DNA from: Trueperaceae bacterium
Lineage (GTDB): Bacteria; Deinococcota; Deinococci; Deinococcales; Trueperaceae
Direction: 5' to 3'
Assembly (NCBI GenBank): GCA_965213925.1
Contig: OZ243927.1
Location: 1,056,001 to 1,120,000 of the forward strand
Length of the DNA stretch: 64,000 nt
The notes under the pieces were generated by a model, which was given only the letters and a program-made list of their open reading frames with translations, searched no databases and was not told the DNA's origin. A program made the position numbers and the translations under genes. This document shows positions 40,244 to 48,684 of this stretch, piece after piece. Numbering within the stretch: the first letter of the stretch is position 1; the number at the start of each line of letters is the position of its first letter.

Positions 40244-41554
40244 TCAGTCGCCCGCTGCCGCTGTGACAACGACCGAATCACCGACGGTGTCTTTACCTGC
40301 GTACGCCTCCGTGCCGTGCTCGACGAGGTCGAGTCCGGTGATCTCCTCTTGCGGCGACACGCGGATGCCGATGGTCACTTTGAGTAGGTAGAAGATGACG
40401 AAGCCTGCGGCAAACGCCGCGACTGCGTAAGAAAGCGTGCCGATTGCCTGCACACCTAAATTGCCGCCGCCGAAAATGCCGACCGCGAGCGTGCCCCAGA
40501 TGCCGCAGACGCCGTGTACCGAAATCGCGCCGACGGGATCATCTACGCGGATGCGGTCGAACATCAGCACGCTGAAGACGACGATTACACCTGCGATTGC
40601 GCCGACGAGCACCGCTGAAAAACCCGTGATGACGTCGGGTCCAGCGGTGATACCGACGAGACCCGCCAACACGCCGTTAATGGTCATGGAGAAGTCGGGC
40701 TTTTTGAACAGCGCCCAAGAGGTGAACATCGCCGCGATCGCGCCCGCCGCCGCCGCTAAGTTCGTGTTGAGGAAGATGTTCGCAATCGCTTCGGCGTCCG
40801 CTTGTGAGCTGTAGGCAAGCTGCGAGCCGGGGTTGAAACCGAACCAACCGATCCAGAGGAGGAAAACGCCCAAACCCGCTAATGCCATGTTGTGCCCCGG
40901 CATCGCGTTGACCTTGCCGCCCGCGTAGCGCCCGATGCGCGGACCGATCGCTAACACCCCGCCGAGCGCCGCGAAGCCGCCCACCGCGTGCACGACAGAA
41001 GAACCCGCGAAGTCCGCGAAGCCCATCTGCGAGAGCCAGCCGCCGCCCCACTGCCAGTACCCTAGGAAGGGGTAGATAAGCGCCGTCATTGCCACGGTAA
41101 AGACGAGGTACGCCGGGAACTTCATCCGCCCGGCGATCGCGCCCGAGACGATGGTCGCCGCCGTCGCCGCGAAGACCATCTGGAAGATGAAGTCAGCCGC
41201 GACGGGAACGTTCATGCCTGTTTCGTACCCGTTTAGACCCCAGAAAATCTGCCCGTCGCTCCGGTACATGAGCCCGAAGCCGACCGCCCAGAACGCCAAG
41301 CCCGCCACGGCGAAGTCGGCGAAGTTTTTCATGAAGATATTGATGACGTTTTTCGCGCCGATTAGACCTGCTTCCAAGAGGGCGAAGCCGGGTTGCATAA
41401 AGGCGACTAAAACCGCGAAGAAGAGAATGGCGATGGTCTCGAGCGCAAACGCTACCTCACCCGCCGCTGCCGCGTCACCACCCTCTTGCGCGAACGCGCC
41501 GCCTGAGAGCAGACATAGAGAGAGTGCTAAGAGAACGTAGGAGAGCCTTTTCAT
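40244..41554 (-). CDS. amtB: Ammonium transporter
   Basis: FQMVFAATAATIVSGA, DFAGSSVVH, WFGFNPGS, DDPVGAISVHG. Confidence 0.97.
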   Translation of the reverse strand: MKRLSYVLLALSLCLLSGGAFAQEGGDAAAAGEVAFALETIAILFFAVLVAFMQPGFALLEAGLIGAKNVINIFMKNFADFAVAGLAFWAVGFGLMYRSDGQIFWGLNGYETGMNVPVAADFIFQMVFAATAATIVSGAIAGRMKFPAYLVFTVAMTALIYPFLGYWQWGGGWLSQMGFADFAGSSVVHAVGGFAALGGVLAIGPRIGRYAGGKVNAMPGHNMALAGLGVFLLWIGWFGFNPGSQLAYSSQADAEAIANIFLNTNLAAAAGAIAAMFTSWALFKKPDFSMTINGVLAGLVGITAGPDVITGFSAVLVGAIAGVIVVFSVLMFDRIRVDDPVGAISVHGVCGIWGTLAVGIFGGGNLGVQAIGTLSYAVAAFAAGFVIFYLLKVTIGIRVSPQEEITGLDLVEHGTEAYAGKDTVGDSVVVTAAAGD

Positions 41555-41600
41555 ATTTACCTCCGGGGGGATGCTGCTTCAAACGAGCAGTCTGATACTT

Positions 41601-41629
41601 AGAATATGAATTAAATTGCAAAGTGTCAA
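41601..41629 (-). promoter_or_regulatory. Sigma70-type promoter of amtB-glnK
   Basis: TTGACA-17 nt-TATTCT on the minus strand in an AT-rich region. Confidence 0.7.
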
Positions 41630-41869
41630 GTGCAAATACGCACTCAACTAAAAAAAGCAAAACGAGAAAAGAAAAATTCTGAGTTTTTGAACTCGGTGTT
41701 ACCAAAAAATTGTACGCTAACAAGAAAAACGTTTACAGTGTTTTCATAAGTATTTACACGGTGCTTGCGAGAAGGGGTGGGATTAGGCTCGAGCCTCGTA
41801 ACGAACGTCTTCGGTGAAAACATTTGTCGGGCGGCTCGAGTCTCACTCCGTCCTACCATTTCCGGGTAA

Positions 41870-42135
41870 TACCCTTTCCGGTTGAATACGAAACTTTATT
41901 TCGTATTCAATCCGAGCGGATGCGTTCACGAAGTCGGGCTTTAGCTTTGCATAAGCAGCTACGGATTCCGGTGAGTAACGCCATCCTGCGAATGTATTTT
42001 GTAGTGGATTCACCCGGAATCCGTATAATTCCTAAAGGAATTATCCTGAATGTAACGAGTCGAAAAGACACGGATTCTGGTTGTGGACGGAACAAACTCG
42101 CTAAAGTTTGTGCCGTGTTCAACCGGAGTCCGTAT
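41870..42135. repeat. Cluster of family B hairpin repeats (TACGGATTCCG...CGGAATCCGTA)
   Basis: Units at 41960-42026 and 42068-42135, a degenerate unit with a 12-bp stem at 41882-41910, and a palindrome at 42025-42044. Confidence 0.8.
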
Positions 42136-42269
42136 CACGCCACTATCAAAGAGCCAAAGCTCTGCCGCGTAAGAGACCATCACCTGACTGTCTATCCGTC
42201 CACCGCCACACGGAGCTTGATACAATGCGTGCGCCTTGAGAGGTCGCTCAAGGACCCCGAGGAAGCCTA

Positions 42270-43820
42270 TTGTCAAGTCAACTCACCCCCAAGCCGAAAC
42301 CTGCGCGCCAGAGCGCCTCTCGCGGAGCCTTCATCCTTATGGGCGGCACGCTCGGCAGCCGCGTCACGGGGCTTTTACGCGTCGCGCTCTTCAACCAGCT
42401 CTATACACCCGCCGTCACGGACGCCTTAAACGTCGCCTTGAAAGTCCCCAACCTCTTTCGCGAACTGCTCGCCGAGGGCGCGCTGACGAACTCGTTCGTG
42501 CCGGTCTATAAGGGTTTGGAAGAGGAGGACGCGAAGGGGCTTTCGGGCGCGCTGCTCAGCCTGCTCTTTCTCGTCAACACGCTGCTCGTGCTACTCGCGG
42601 TCTGGGCTGCACCCTGGATCGTCGGGCTGCTCCTCCAAGATAACGCGAACGTAGATTACGCGCTCACGCTCAGGCTCACGCGCACTGTTTTTCCATTTTT
42701 AGCGGCGATCTCTTTCTCCGCGCTAGCGATGGGGATTCTTCAAGCTGAGGAGCGTTTCTTCGCGCCCGCCTGGGCTCCGGTGGCGCTCAACGTGGTCACG
42801 GCGGCGCTGATGCTCCTCTATCCGGGTCAAGCCGTACCGCTCGCGGTGGCGTTCGTCTTAGGCGGCTTGGCGCAACTACTCTTCCAAATCCCGGCACTCG
42901 TCAGACACAACCTCTTGCCCCGAATCGGGCGCTGGTGGCATCCGGCGCTGGGCGGCGTCCTCGTTTTGATGGTTCCTTTCACCTTTACGACAGGGGCGCG
43001 GCAGTTTCTCAACGTGGTCGCGACGAACGTGCTGAGCGGCTTGCCTCGGGGCAGCGTGACGGCGTTCGAGAACGCCAACCTCTTTTTAGGGCTCGCGCTC
43101 GGGCTCTTCAGCATCTCGCCGGCGTTAGCGTATTACTCGAGGCTCGGGGCTAACGCCAGCCAAGCGCCCGAGCAGTTTTCCCGGACGCTCCTAGAGGGCT
43201 TGCGCCTCATCACCTTTTTGACCGTCCCCGCCGGACTCATCCTCTGCTTCCTCGCCGCGCCTGCGGTTCAGAGCGTGCTCAACTGGCCCTCGTTTCGTCC
43301 GGGTGGTGGGATGAACCCGCAAGTCGTGCAGCTCTCCGTCACCGCGCTCGCGCCTCTAGGCTTGGCGGTCTTTCCCATCGGCTTGCGCAACCTCTTGATT
43401 CGCACCTTTTACGTGCGCCGCGAGGTCGTGACGCCCATCGTCATCAGCGTCCTCTTCATCTCGCTCAACGCGCTCCTCTACACGCTGCTCGCGCCGCACT
43501 ACGGCATCGTAGGGCTGAGCTGGTCTACTGTGCTCGTCGAGTGGACGCAACTCGCTGTGCTCACCTTTTACGTGTGGCGGCGCGAGCGGTTCTCTCTCGC
43601 TAACTTCTTAAATCACACGGGTCGGGTCTGGCTCTCGGCGCTCGGGGCGGCGGGGCTCACGCTGCTCGCGTTAGGGCAACTTCCGCCGCCCTCAGACTGG
43701 TCCGACTACCTCTTGCGCGCCGTACTCGGCGTGGGCGTTCTAGGCGGCTTCTACGTCCTTTTCAGCGTCCGCTTAAAGCTGCCGGAGGTCCGGCAGGTCG
43801 TGAAGCGCCTGCGCCGCTAA
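42270..43820 (+). CDS. murJ: Lipid II flippase
   Basis: SRVTGLLR, PNLFRELLAEGAL..SFVP, ~14 TMs. Confidence 0.93.
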   Translation: MSSQLTPKPKPARQSASRGAFILMGGTLGSRVTGLLRVALFNQLYTPAVTDALNVALKVPNLFRELLAEGALTNSFVPVYKGLEEEDAKGLSGALLSLLFLVNTLLVLLAVWAAPWIVGLLLQDNANVDYALTLRLTRTVFPFLAAISFSALAMGILQAEERFFAPAWAPVALNVVTAALMLLYPGQAVPLAVAFVLGGLAQLLFQIPALVRHNLLPRIGRWWHPALGGVLVLMVPFTFTTGARQFLNVVATNVLSGLPRGSVTAFENANLFLGLALGLFSISPALAYYSRLGANASQAPEQFSRTLLEGLRLITFLTVPAGLILCFLAAPAVQSVLNWPSFRPGGGMNPQVVQLSVTALAPLGLAVFPIGLRNLLIRTFYVRREVVTPIVISVLFISLNALLYTLLAPHYGIVGLSWSTVLVEWTQLAVLTFYVWRRERFSLANFLNHTGRVWLSALGAAGLTLLALGQLPPPSDWSDYLLRAVLGVGVLGGFYVLFSVRLKLPEVRQVVKRLRR

Positions 43821-44236
43821 CCTCTATGCGCCCCTTTTCGTGCCGTAAGCGAGTAGGACAGCGGCGGCTTCGCCCCGAACGACCTATACACCTCCAAGAG
43901 GTCGTGCGGATACTCCTCGAACGAGGTGAGGTTGAGCCCGCTTCGCAAGCAGTTCCCGATGATGTCCGAGAGCTTGTGGTGAAACCAGTAGGAGGTCCCG
44001 GCGACCATCTGCGACGGATCGTAGTAGTCGGGCTCGTCGTGCGCGACGTTGGGCTCGGTGGTGAAGTGCGAGGTGACGACCTCTAAACCCTTCTCGGGAT
44101 TGAACATGTCCAGAACGGGGTGCATCTCATACAGAAAGAGGTCTCCACCGGGCTTGAGCAGCCGAGCGATCACCTTGAAGTACGCCGCCATGTCGGGTAG
44201 CCAGCCGAGCGCGCCGATCGTCACGTAGACGAGGTC
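43817..44236 (-). pseudogene. 5'-truncated class I SAM-dependent methyltransferase
   Basis: Begins abruptly at DLVYVTIGALGWLPD...LLKPGG..YEMHP; motif I region absent. Confidence 0.75.
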
Positions 44237-44364
44237 AATTTATCCCATTAAAGCAAATTGCACTCCAAAATAAACGTGGTACTTTGGGGGGTGCTTGTAC
44301 CACGTTTCTACGTTTCGTTACGCATTTCTCTATGAACTCACGCTCATCTACTTGCAGCGCCTGA

Positions 44365-44880
44365 GTGTCACTATGCCCCTCCTCCAGCGTGTCACCCGTG
44401 GACTTCCTCTGCATCCACCCTTTCTCGAACAGAAACGGGCGCACCGCCCGCTTGCTCAGCTTGCTCCTGCTCTACCACCACGGCTTCGAGGTGGAGCGCT
44501 ATATCAGCTTGGAACGGGTGATCGAGGAGAGCCGCGAGACCTACTACGAGGCACTTGAGACGAGTAGCCGAGGCTGGCACGAAGGGGCGCACGACGCGAT
44601 GCCCTGGATCGACTACTTCCTTGGGATACTCATGGCAGCGTATAGCGAGTTCGAGGAGCGGGTGCAGACTATTCGAGGCTCGCACGGCACAAAAACGGAC
44701 ATGATCCGCATAGCGGTGTCGCGTCACCGGACGCCCTTTAAGATCAGCGATATCGAGCGGGAGTTGCCGAACGTGAGCCGGGAGTTGATCCGCAAGGTGC
44801 TTAGTGACTTGCGCGAGGAGAGTGTGCTGCGGCTGGAGGAGACGGGGCGGGGGTCTAGGTATGTGCCGCTAAGTAAATAG
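44365..44880 (+). pseudogene. 5'-truncated Fic-domain protein with C-terminal wHTH
   Basis: IHPFSNRNGRTAR (canonical HPFxDGNGRxxR altered); no N-terminal half. Confidence 0.75.
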
Positions 44881-45049
44881 CACTTCCAAAATATACTGAG
44901 ACAAAGTGCCGCAGGTCTCATCAACTAAAGTGCCTGCTAGACATTGTTCTTCACAGTGCGAGCGTCTCTGACCAGATGATACCTGCTGTAAGTATGAAAA
45001 ATCACAGGTGGTAAACCGCGCGAGCAGGGTTAAAGTAGAGGACACAGAC

Positions 45050-47692
45050 ATGCCGCGAATCTTCGACAACATCAATCTTCACCTTTTAGATTCCCTACGT
45101 GACTCTATGCAGGTTGCACACCGAGCCGACTTCTGTGTCGGCTATTTCAACCTGCGCGGCTGGCGCTATTTGGACTGTTATGTTGAGCCCTGGTCTGGAA
45201 CCGAAGGCAACCGTTGCCGCGTCCTAGTGGGTATGCAACGTGCGCCCGAAGAGACCCTCACTCAGCTCTTTAGCCTGTCAGGGAATGGCGCTGGCATCGA
45301 CCGAGGACAGGCGGTGAGGCTCAAGAAGCAACTTGCTGAAAGTTTTCGCCATCAGCTCACCCTAGGCACGCCGACAGCTCAGGATGAGGCAGGCTTACGG
45401 CAGCTCGCAAACCAGCTCAGGCAGGGCAAGCTCGTCGTCAAGCTCTACTTGCGTAGTCCCCTGCACGCTAAGCTGTACCTTACTCACCGTCACGACGCCG
45501 CCAATCCTCGTACAGGTTACGTCGGCAGCAGCAATCTGACCTTCTCAGGTGTCAGAGGAAACGGCGAACTGAACGTTGACGTGCTCGACCACGACGCCTC
45601 ACAAAAGCTCGCCGACTGGTTCGAGGACCGCTGGCACGACCCTTTCTGCGTTGACATTTCCGAGGAGCTTATTAGCGTCGTCGAAGAGAGCTGGGCGCGT
45701 GAAGCGCTGGTCTCGCCCTATCACATCTACATCAAGATGGCGTATCACTTGGCGCTCGAGGCCAGAGAGGGCTTGCGCACCTTCGATGTTCCGGGCGAGC
45801 TAGATGAGATACTCTTTCCGTACCAAAGTGCCGCCGTCAAAATCGCCGCTCATCACCTCATGAAGCGTGGCGGTGTACTCATCGGTGATGTCGTCGGTCT
45901 CGGCAAAACGCTCATGGCGACAGCGCTTGCCCGCCTCATGGAGGAGCTAGAGGGAACGAGTACGCTGATTATCTGCCCTAAAAACTTAGAAAAGATGTGG
46001 CAGTCTTATGTAGACACCTATGGGCTCAGGGCGCGTGTCATGCCTATAAGCGTCGTTCAGAAGGAGCTAGGCGATGTGCCCGCCCGTTTCCGCCGCGTGC
46101 TCATCGACGAGAGCCTCAACCTTCGCAACCGCGACAGTAAGCGTTACGCGGCTATTCACGAGTACATCAGGCAGAGCGGCAGCAAAGTTATCTTGCTCTC
46201 GGCGACGCCCTATAACAAGAGCTTCACCGACCTCTCGAGCCAACTCTCTCTATTTATAGATGAGGGCACCGACTTAGGTATCCGCCCTGAAGCTTACGTG
46301 CGCGAGCTTGGCGGCGAGGTGAAGTTCAATGCGGAGCACAGCCAAACACCTATTTACTCACTTGCAGCCTTTGAGCGCAGTCTGCATCCTGACGACTGGC
46401 GTGAGCTGATGCGCCTTTTTCTGATACGGCGCACACGCTCGTTTATCAAAGACAATTACGCGAAGACCGACCCGAAGTCGGGGCGTAAATATCTCCTTTT
46501 CGGCAACGCGGAACCAAATGAGTCATATTCCCCCCTCTATGAAGGAAAGATGATTCACCAGTTCACCAATTCGTTTAGCGAGCCACGCTATTGGTTGAAT
46601 TTGCAAGGAGGGCGCAAAGCGCTATTACGTAGCACGGCTGATGACCAGCAAGAGCTACCCTATCAAAGATATAGGCTTGGTTACCGAACGATTGCATCGA
46701 GCACAAACGAGCGAACGATGATAGCTACGGTCTTACCACCAAACATTATCACTGGTAATTCAATCAATGTTTCTTCAAATTCACTAGGACCTGAAGAGCT
46801 ACTTTATCTGGTTTCGATATTGAATAGCTTTGTGGTTGATGCCTCACTCCGAAAAAGAGTGTCGGCGAATGTAAACATGTTATACGTCTATCAGCTACCC
46901 GTCCCACGGCTTGCTAAAGATGACCCAAACCTCACTCAAATTGTTGAACGCGCTGCTAAACTCATCTGCACTACTCCCGAATTCGACGATCTCGCTATAG
47001 ACGTAGGATTAGAAGGTCACCAGAATGGGGTAACAGATGAAGCTGAAAGGACGCAGCTACGCGCCGAACTTGATGCTCTTGTCGCGCATCTCTATGGGCT
47101 GAATGAAGAAGAATTCTCCTACATCCTGAGTACGTTTCCGCGTCTCGAAACTTACGTACGTAACGCAGCGATTTGCGAGTACCGTCTGCGTATCGAAGAC
47201 CCGGATGCTGTACAGACCGAGCGGCTCATCCAGCAGGGCGAGGGGAAGAGGCTCGAGTTCAAAGAGGCGGCAGTGTGGAACGCCTACCAGCAGCGTAAGG
47301 ATGGTGAAATGTATCAGCCTGTCCTGAAAGCCGTCGCCAGCTTCATGAACGGTGAGGGCGGTACGCTTATCATAGGTGTAGAGGATAGAAAAGGTAGCGT
47401 CGTCGGTTTAGCTGAAGACTTCAAACATGCCGACCCTAACAAACCTAATAGGGATGGCTATTGTCTATGGCTCTCTAACAGGCTCGATAGGTTGGGAGAG
47501 CAGCACAGCACAAATTACGACATCCATTTTCACACCATTCAAAACAAAGAGGTGTGCCGCATCACTGTTAGACGTGCTTCTGAGCCCGTCTGGTATGGCG
47601 ATGATCTTTATGTCCGCAGTGCGGCGGGTAAGAAAAAGCTCAGTACGCAGGCTGCGCACGCATACATCAAGCAGCGCTGGAACGGGCAATAG
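45050..47692 (+). CDS. Chimeric PLD + SNF2 N-terminal ATPase + type IIG RM C-terminal region + AlbA_2/Schlafen protein
   Basis: LHAKLY..GSSNLT..NGELN; GDVVGLGKT; IDESLN; LSATP; from ~46500 YEGKMIHQF, YRTIASSTNERT, RAELDALVAHLYGL; then GEGKRLEFKE..FMNGEGGTLIIGVED. Confidence 0.8.
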   Translation: MPRIFDNINLHLLDSLRDSMQVAHRADFCVGYFNLRGWRYLDCYVEPWSGTEGNRCRVLVGMQRAPEETLTQLFSLSGNGAGIDRGQAVRLKKQLAESFRHQLTLGTPTAQDEAGLRQLANQLRQGKLVVKLYLRSPLHAKLYLTHRHDAANPRTGYVGSSNLTFSGVRGNGELNVDVLDHDASQKLADWFEDRWHDPFCVDISEELISVVEESWAREALVSPYHIYIKMAYHLALEAREGLRTFDVPGELDEILFPYQSAAVKIAAHHLMKRGGVLIGDVVGLGKTLMATALARLMEELEGTSTLIICPKNLEKMWQSYVDTYGLRARVMPISVVQKELGDVPARFRRVLIDESLNLRNRDSKRYAAIHEYIRQSGSKVILLSATPYNKSFTDLSSQLSLFIDEGTDLGIRPEAYVRELGGEVKFNAEHSQTPIYSLAAFERSLHPDDWRELMRLFLIRRTRSFIKDNYAKTDPKSGRKYLLFGNAEPNESYSPLYEGKMIHQFTNSFSEPRYWLNLQGGRKALLRSTADDQQELPYQRYRLGYRTIASSTNERTMIATVLPPNIITGNSINVSSNSLGPEELLYLVSILNSFVVDASLRKRVSANVNMLYVYQLPVPRLAKDDPNLTQIVERAAKLICTTPEFDDLAIDVGLEGHQNGVTDEAERTQLRAELDALVAHLYGLNEEEFSYILSTFPRLETYVRNAAICEYRLRIEDPDAVQTERLIQQGEGKRLEFKEAAVWNAYQQRKDGEMYQPVLKAVASFMNGEGGTLIIGVEDRKGSVVGLAEDFKHADPNKPNRDGYCLWLSNRLDRLGEQHSTNYDIHFHTIQNKEVCRITVRRASEPVWYGDDLYVRSAAGKKKLSTQAAHAYIKQRWNGQ

Positions 47693-47908
47693 CTACAGCG
47701 ATTTTTGAGAGCGAGACGGGCGCGGGAGAAGATACAGAGCGGCGTCGAGCAGTGGCAGTAAACCTAGAAGACATGCTCGGCGACAATGAAGAAGATTCTG
47801 AAGAGGACAAGGGCTTGTAGCTGTAGTTAAGCTGTAATCCAATATTCAGGGCGACCATTCCATTCGGGGTAGCCGCCCTTTTTACGTATGTCACGCGCTT
47901 TTTCGGGA

Positions 47909-47982
47909 TGGGCCCTGGGGGACTTGAACCCACGACCAATCGATTATGAGTCGACTGCTCTAACCAACTGAGCTAAGGGCCC
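47909..47982 (-). tRNA. tRNA-Ile2 (CAU anticodon, lysidine type)
   Basis: GGGCCCTTAGCTCAGTTGGTTAGAGCAGTCGACTCATAATCGATTGGTCGTGGGTTCAAGTCCCCCAGGGCCCA; ileX-like; CCA not encoded. Confidence 0.9.
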
Positions 47983-48058
47983 ACAATGCGTCTCTGACGC
48001 TGTTTCTTGCGGCTAGGTCACGCTGCACATTTCTCCAGTCGCACACTTCTTGCACGTC

Positions 48059-48230
48059 CTAGAGTCCTGTCGAACACCTCTTACGTGTCGCCTGCGGCCG
48101 CCACACCGTGTTCGGCGAAGTGAATGTATCTAAGGTCATCTTCGTGCTCGCGCGTCCCAACCGCTCGAATACAAATTTAACATTTGTACCCTCGCTAAGC
48201 AACAGCGTAGCATAGCTGTGATGTGGATTT
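48059..48230 (-). pseudogene. Tyrosine integrase C-terminal remnant
   Basis: HSYATLLLSEGTNVKFVFERLGRASTKMTLDTF, a decayed RH..AT..LGH....T...Y motif with His and Tyr lost. Confidence 0.75.
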
Positions 48231-48506
48231 TGCATCGGCATGTAAAAACTAGTGTTCTTACGCTTACTGAGCATAGTGCCGTCCCAAAAACCGCTCCTTT
48301 TTAAGCTGCGTTTGAGTACGCTGTTGCGCGCCCCGAATTAGGATAAATCATCCTCGCTGACAACAAGGACACACTTTAATTCATACTCATCCCTCGCAGC
48401 ATCTTGTTCACTTGGTCAGACTGATGTTCACGCTCAATGCTGCCGCCCTTCTCTGTATTCCTCTTCTTTGTGCCCCACCACAGGGAGCAGCAGAAAGCGT
48501 CCGAGT

Positions 48507-48684
48507 ACCATGAGATATGTACTCGAACCTGCAAAGCTTCATCGCCGAACTGGAAAAGCGTGGCGAGCTTATCCGCATCAAAGAAAGTGTCTCGCACCAT
48601 GAGATATGTACTCGAACCTGCAAAGCTTCATCGCCGAACTGGAAAAGCGTGGCGAGCTTATCCGCATCAAAGAAAGTGTCTCGC
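48507..48684 (+). repeat. Exact 89-bp tandem duplication covering the start of the UbiD-family gene
   Basis: ACCATGAGATATGTACTCG...AGTGTCTCGC at 48507-48595 and 48596-48684. Confidence 0.95.

Noticed and set aside
41640..41760. GlnR/TnrA box upstream of amtB
   Set aside because: Only a mismatched TGTNA-N7-TNACA in AT-rich DNA; not distinguishable from chance
41870..42135. Possible CRISPR array
   Set aside because: Repeats are inverted pairs of variable sequence and spacing rather than direct repeats with unique spacers; no cas genes
41824..42429. 201-aa ORF and overlapping antisense ORFs
   Set aside because: Span the hairpin repeat cluster and overlap murJ; no protein-like motif
44285..44304. 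TGGGGGGTGCTTGTACCACG as an att copy of the tRNA-Ile2 3' end
   Set aside because: Needs several gaps and mismatches, and is better explained as part of a local inverted repeat
48376..48500. Remnant of a four-helix-bundle (S23-like) gene
   Set aside because: Only two short motifs in different frames; too weak to call
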